This document shows, one piece after another, positions 59,401-64,000 of a stretch of 64,000 bases of DNA. The stretch spans positions 1,550,001 to 1,614,000 of the forward strand of contig CATNEN010000001.1 of NCBI GenBank assembly GCA_950097015.1. Direction: 5' to 3'. This DNA is from Macrostomum hystrix. Its lineage: Eukaryota; Animalia; Platyhelminthes. Positions within the stretch are counted from its first letter, which is position 1, and each line of letters opens with the position of its first letter. The notes under the pieces were generated by a model, which had not been told where the DNA came from, made no database searches, and saw only the letters and a program-made list of their open reading frames with translations. The position numbers were made by a program, and so were the translations under genes.

Positions 59401-62400
59401 CGACTATAAATGAGAATCGACTATCAATGAAAATTGACGATAAATGAGAATCGACGATAAATGAGAATCGACTATAAATGAGAATCGACGATAAATGAGA
59501 ATCGACTATAAATGAGAATCGACTATAAATGAGAAACGACTATAAATGAGAAACGACTATAAATGAGAATCGACGATAAGTGAGATTCATCTATAAATGA
59601 GAATCGACGATAAATGAGAATCGACGATAAATGAGAATCGACGATAAATGAGAATCGAATATAAATGAGAATCGACGATAAGTGAGAATCGACGATAAAT
59701 GAGAATCGACTATGAATGAGAATCGACTATAAATGAGAATCGACGATAAGTGAGAATCGACTATAAATGAGAATCGACGGTACATGAGAATCGACGATAA
59801 ATGAGAATCGACGATAAGTGAGAATCGACTATAAATGAGAATCGACGATAAATGAGAATCGACGATAAGTGAGAATCGACTGTAAATGGGAATCGACTAT
59901 AAATGAGAATCGACTGTAAATGGGAATCGACTATAAATGAGAATCGACGATAAATGAGAACCGACGATAAGTGAGAATCGACGATAAATGAGAATCGACT
60001 GTAAATGGGAATCGACGATAAATGAGAATCGACGATAAATTGAGAATTGACGATAAGTGAGAATCGACGATAAATGAGATCGACTATAAATGAGAATCGA
60101 CTATCAATGAAAATTGAAGATAAATTGAGAATCGACGATAAGTGAGAATCGACGATAAATGAGAATCGACTATAAATGAAAATTGACGATAAATTGAGAA
60201 TCGACGATAAGTGAGAATCGACGATAAATGAGAATCGACGATAAGTGAGAATCGACGATAAATGAGAATCGACGATAAGTGAGAATCGACTGTAAATGGG
60301 AATCGACTATAAATGAAAATTGACGATAAATTGAGAATCGACGATAAGTGAGAATCGACGATAAATGAGAATCGACGATAAGTGAGAATCGACGATAAAT
60401 GAGAATCGACGATAAGTGAGAATCGACTGTAAATGGGAATCGACTATAAATGAGAATCGACTGTAAATGGGAATCGACTATAAATGAGAATCGACGATAA
60501 ATGAGAATCGACGATAAGTGAGAATCGACGATAAATGAGAATCGACTGTAAATGAGAATCGACTATAAATGAGAATCGACGATAAATTGAGAATTGACGA
60601 TAAGTGAGAATCGACGATAAATGAGATCGACTATAAATGAGAATCGACTATCAATGAAAATTGACGATAAATTGAGAATCGACGATAAGTGAGAATCGAC
60701 GATAAATGAGAATCGACGATAAATTGAGAATTGACGATAAGTGAGAATCGACGATAAATGAGATCGACTATAAATGAGAATCGACTATAAATGAAAATTG
60801 ACGATAAATTGAGAATCGACGATAAGTGAGAATCAACTATAAATGAAAATTGACGATAAATTGAGAATCGACGATAAATTGAGAATCGACGATTAATGAG
60901 AATAGACGATAAATGAGAATGGACGATAAGTGAGAATCGACTGTAAATGGGAATCGACTATAAATGAGAATCGACTGTAAATGGGAATCGACTATAAATG
61001 AGAATCGACGATAAATGAGAATCGACGATAAGTGAGAATCGACGATAAATGAGAATCGACTGTAAATGAGAATCGACTATAAATGAGAATCGACGATAAA
61101 TTGAGAATTGACGATAAGTGAGAATCGACGATAAATGAGATCGACTATAAATGAGAATCGACTATCAATGAAAATTGACGATAAATGAGAATCGACGATA
61201 AATGAGAATCGACTATAAATGAGAATCGACGATAAATGAGAATCGACTATAAATGAGAATCGACTATAAATGAGAAACGACTATAAATGAGAAACGACTA
61301 TAAATGAGAATCGACGATAAGTGAGATTCATCTATAAATGAGAATCGACGATAAATGAGAATCGACGATAAATGAGAATCGACGATAAATGAGAATCGAA
61401 TATAAATGAGAATCGACGATAAGTGAGAATCGACGATAAATGAGAATCGACTATGAATGAGAATCGACTATAAATGAGAATCGACGATAAGTGAGAATCG
61501 ACTATAAATGAGAATCGACGGTACATGAGAATCGACGATAAATGAGAATCGACGATAAGTGAGAATCGACTATAAATGAGAATCGACGATAAATGAGAAT
61601 CGACGATAAGTGAGAATCGACTGTAAATGGGAATCGACTATAAATGAGAATCGACTGTAAATGGGAATCGACTATAAATGAGAATCGACGATAAATGAGA
61701 ACCGACGATAAGTGAGAATCGACGATAAATGAGAATCGACTGTAAATGGGAATCGACGATAAATGAGAATCGACGATAAATTGAGAATTGACGATAAGTG
61801 AGAATCGACGATAAATGAGATCGACTATAAATGAGAATCGACTATCAATGAAAATTGAAGATAAATTGAGAATCGACGATAAGTGAGAATCGACGATAAA
61901 TGAGAATCGACTATAAATGAAAATTGACGATAAATTGAGAATCGACGATAAGTGAGAATCGACGATAAATGAGAATCGACGATAAGTGAGAATCGACGAT
62001 AAATGAGAATCGACGATAAGTGAGAATCGACTGTAAATGGGAATCGACTATAAATGAAAATTGACGATAAATTGAGAATCGACGATAAGTGAGAATCGAC
62101 GATAAATGAGAATCGACGATAAGTGAGAATCGACGATAAATGAGAATCGACGATAAGTGAGAATCGACTGTAAATGGGAATCGACTATAAATGAGAATCG
62201 ACTGTAAATGGGAATCGACTATAAATGAGAATCGACGATAAATGAGAATCGACGATAAGTGAGAATCGACGATAAATGAGAATCGACTGTAAATGAGAAT
62301 CGACTATAAATGAGAATCGACGATAAATTGAGAATTGACGATAAGTGAGAATCGACGATAAATGAGATCGACTATAAATGAGAATCGACTATCAATGAAA

Positions 62401-62876
62401 ATTGACGATAAATTGAGAATCGACGATAAGTGAGAATCGACGATAAATGAGAATCGACGATAAATTGAGAATTGACGATAAGTGAGAATCGACGATAAAT
62501 GAGATCGACTATAAATGAGAATCGACTATAAATGAAAATTGACGATAAATTGAGAATCGACGATAAGTGAGAATCAACTATAAATGAAAATTGACGATAA
62601 ATTGAGAATCGACGATAAATTGAGAATCGACGATTAATGAGAATAGACGATAAATGAGAATGGACGATAAGTGAGAATCGACTATAAATGAAAATTGACG
62701 ATAAATTGAGAATCGACGATAAATTGAGAATCGACGATTAATGAGAATAGACGATAAATGAGAATGGACGATAAGTGAGAATCGACTGTAAATGGGAATC
62801 GACTATAAATGAGAATCGACGATAAATGAGAATCGAATATAATTGAGAATCGACGATGAGTGAGAATCGACGATAA
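53476..62876. repeat. ~9.4 kb satellite of a 17-bp unit (GAGAATCGACKATAART)n with higher-order block duplications
   Basis: About 550 units; variant strings recur at offsets 3040, 1176 and 1741 bp. Confidence 0.98.
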
Positions 62877-63545
62877 AAGAGAGTCTAAAAAATAGGAAAA
62901 GTCTAAACAGGAGTAGAACTGAAATTCCTTTGAAAGCAAGCACAAAATTCTTTGCACAATTATGGCTTCTCTGAATTATGATTTACAGAGCTCGATTCTC
63001 GATAATTTTTACAGCCCGCAAACTATTTCGTAGAAAACAAATTGTGAGAACAACCGGAGGGATAAAGTTCGCTGACGTTCGCTAAAAGAGAAAAGAAGAA
63101 ACCTGCTTCTAATTGTCTAATGCAACATCAACCTGCTGGTTATTGAACAAGCAGTCAAGATTAATTGATTAAAGTTTTTAGTCTGTGTGAAACAAAATTA
63201 CTAGACTAACCTGCTACATTAAGTGCATTTTTGTTAATTACATTATAGGCTTTGCTTGTACAACCATTGCTAATGACGCTAAATGACGCTTAAAGATAAT
63301 TTACTGCAGGTTTGCTTTGAAGATAGTGCCATTAAGCGTTAGTTGTGACCCGGATCACTCACTCGTGTCTGATCAATAATTACAGTGTGTCAACGCTTGC
63401 AGACTTTTAAAGGCAGCACGGAGAGAAAAGCATATTGAGGATAAAAAAGAGCAGAGTAAAGCTAAACAAAGGAAAATGCAGCCAGGAAAAAGTGAGAGCA
63501 AAGGTAGCGATTGGTGAGGAGATAAGAAACAATGAAAGAGGGAGG

Positions 63546-63941
63546 CTGGGGGATCATTCTCAACTGGGGGATCATTGTCAACTGGGGGATCATTTTCAAC
63601 TGGGGGATCATCATCAACTGGGGGATCATCATCAACTGGGGGATCATTGTGAACTGGGGGATCTTTGTCAACTGGGGGATCATTGTCAACTGTGGGATCA
63701 TTGTCAACTAGGGGATCATTATCAAATGGGGGATCATTGTCAACTGGGGGATCGTTGTCAACTGGGGGTTCATTGTCAACTGGGGGTTCATTGTCAACTG
63801 GGGGATCATTGTCAACTGGGGGATCATTGTCAACTGGGGGTTCATTGTAGCTTTAAAGAGCTGTAAATTCAGCTGCTAAAAAGTATACACTAGACGAATT
63901 TAAAGTATTTCTGCTCCCCGAAGGGGGGCAAAACTTGCTAG
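63546..63941 (+). mobile_element. 5'-truncated copy of the satellite-carrying Helitron (18-bp array plus 3' terminus)
   Basis: (CAACTGGGGGATCATTGT)n followed by the same tail ..TTTCTGCTCCCCGAAGGGGGGCAAAACTTGCTAG|T as 42040-42134; flanks diverge right after CTAGT. Confidence 0.85.
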
Positions 63942-64000
63942 TTTGGTGACACTAGACCCGCAGCCAGCGAGGAGGCAATTCTGCCCATTTCGCTGACTCC

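Noticed and set aside
53476-62876. CRISPR-like array or coding repeats
   Set aside because: Head-to-tail units without unique spacers, no cas genes, eukaryotic context.

Overview
Eukaryotic (animal) genomic DNA, very rich in minisatellites. The gene style and repeat density resemble the free-living flatworm Macrostomum, but this is an inference, not an identification. Spliced genes reconstructed by hand with consistent GT-AG phases: SARAF/TMEM66 (- strand, 3 exons); then a tight + strand run of an uncharacterised papain/C39-like cysteine-peptidase gene (6 exons), TMEM208 (2 exons), ANAPC2 (4 exons) and a TRAF-like gene; two more MATH-less TRAF-like paralogues with altered RING ligands; and a single-exon FMRFamide-receptor-like peptide GPCR. 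The rest is tRNA-derived SINEs (two families), hAT-type MITEs with 8-bp TSDs (two only 38-51 bp long), a ~3.1 kb non-autonomous Helitron carrying minisatellite arrays (second copy near the window end), many 14-39 bp tandem arrays and a 9.4 kb 17-bp satellite with higher-order structure. Best leads: a candidate SL trans-spliced operon, Helitron-mediated satellite dispersal, Cys/His-swapped TRAF RINGs, a degenerate permuted hammerhead/retrozyme unit, CpG-decay domains, and a CRE+CCAAT tandem array upstream of a TRAF gene.
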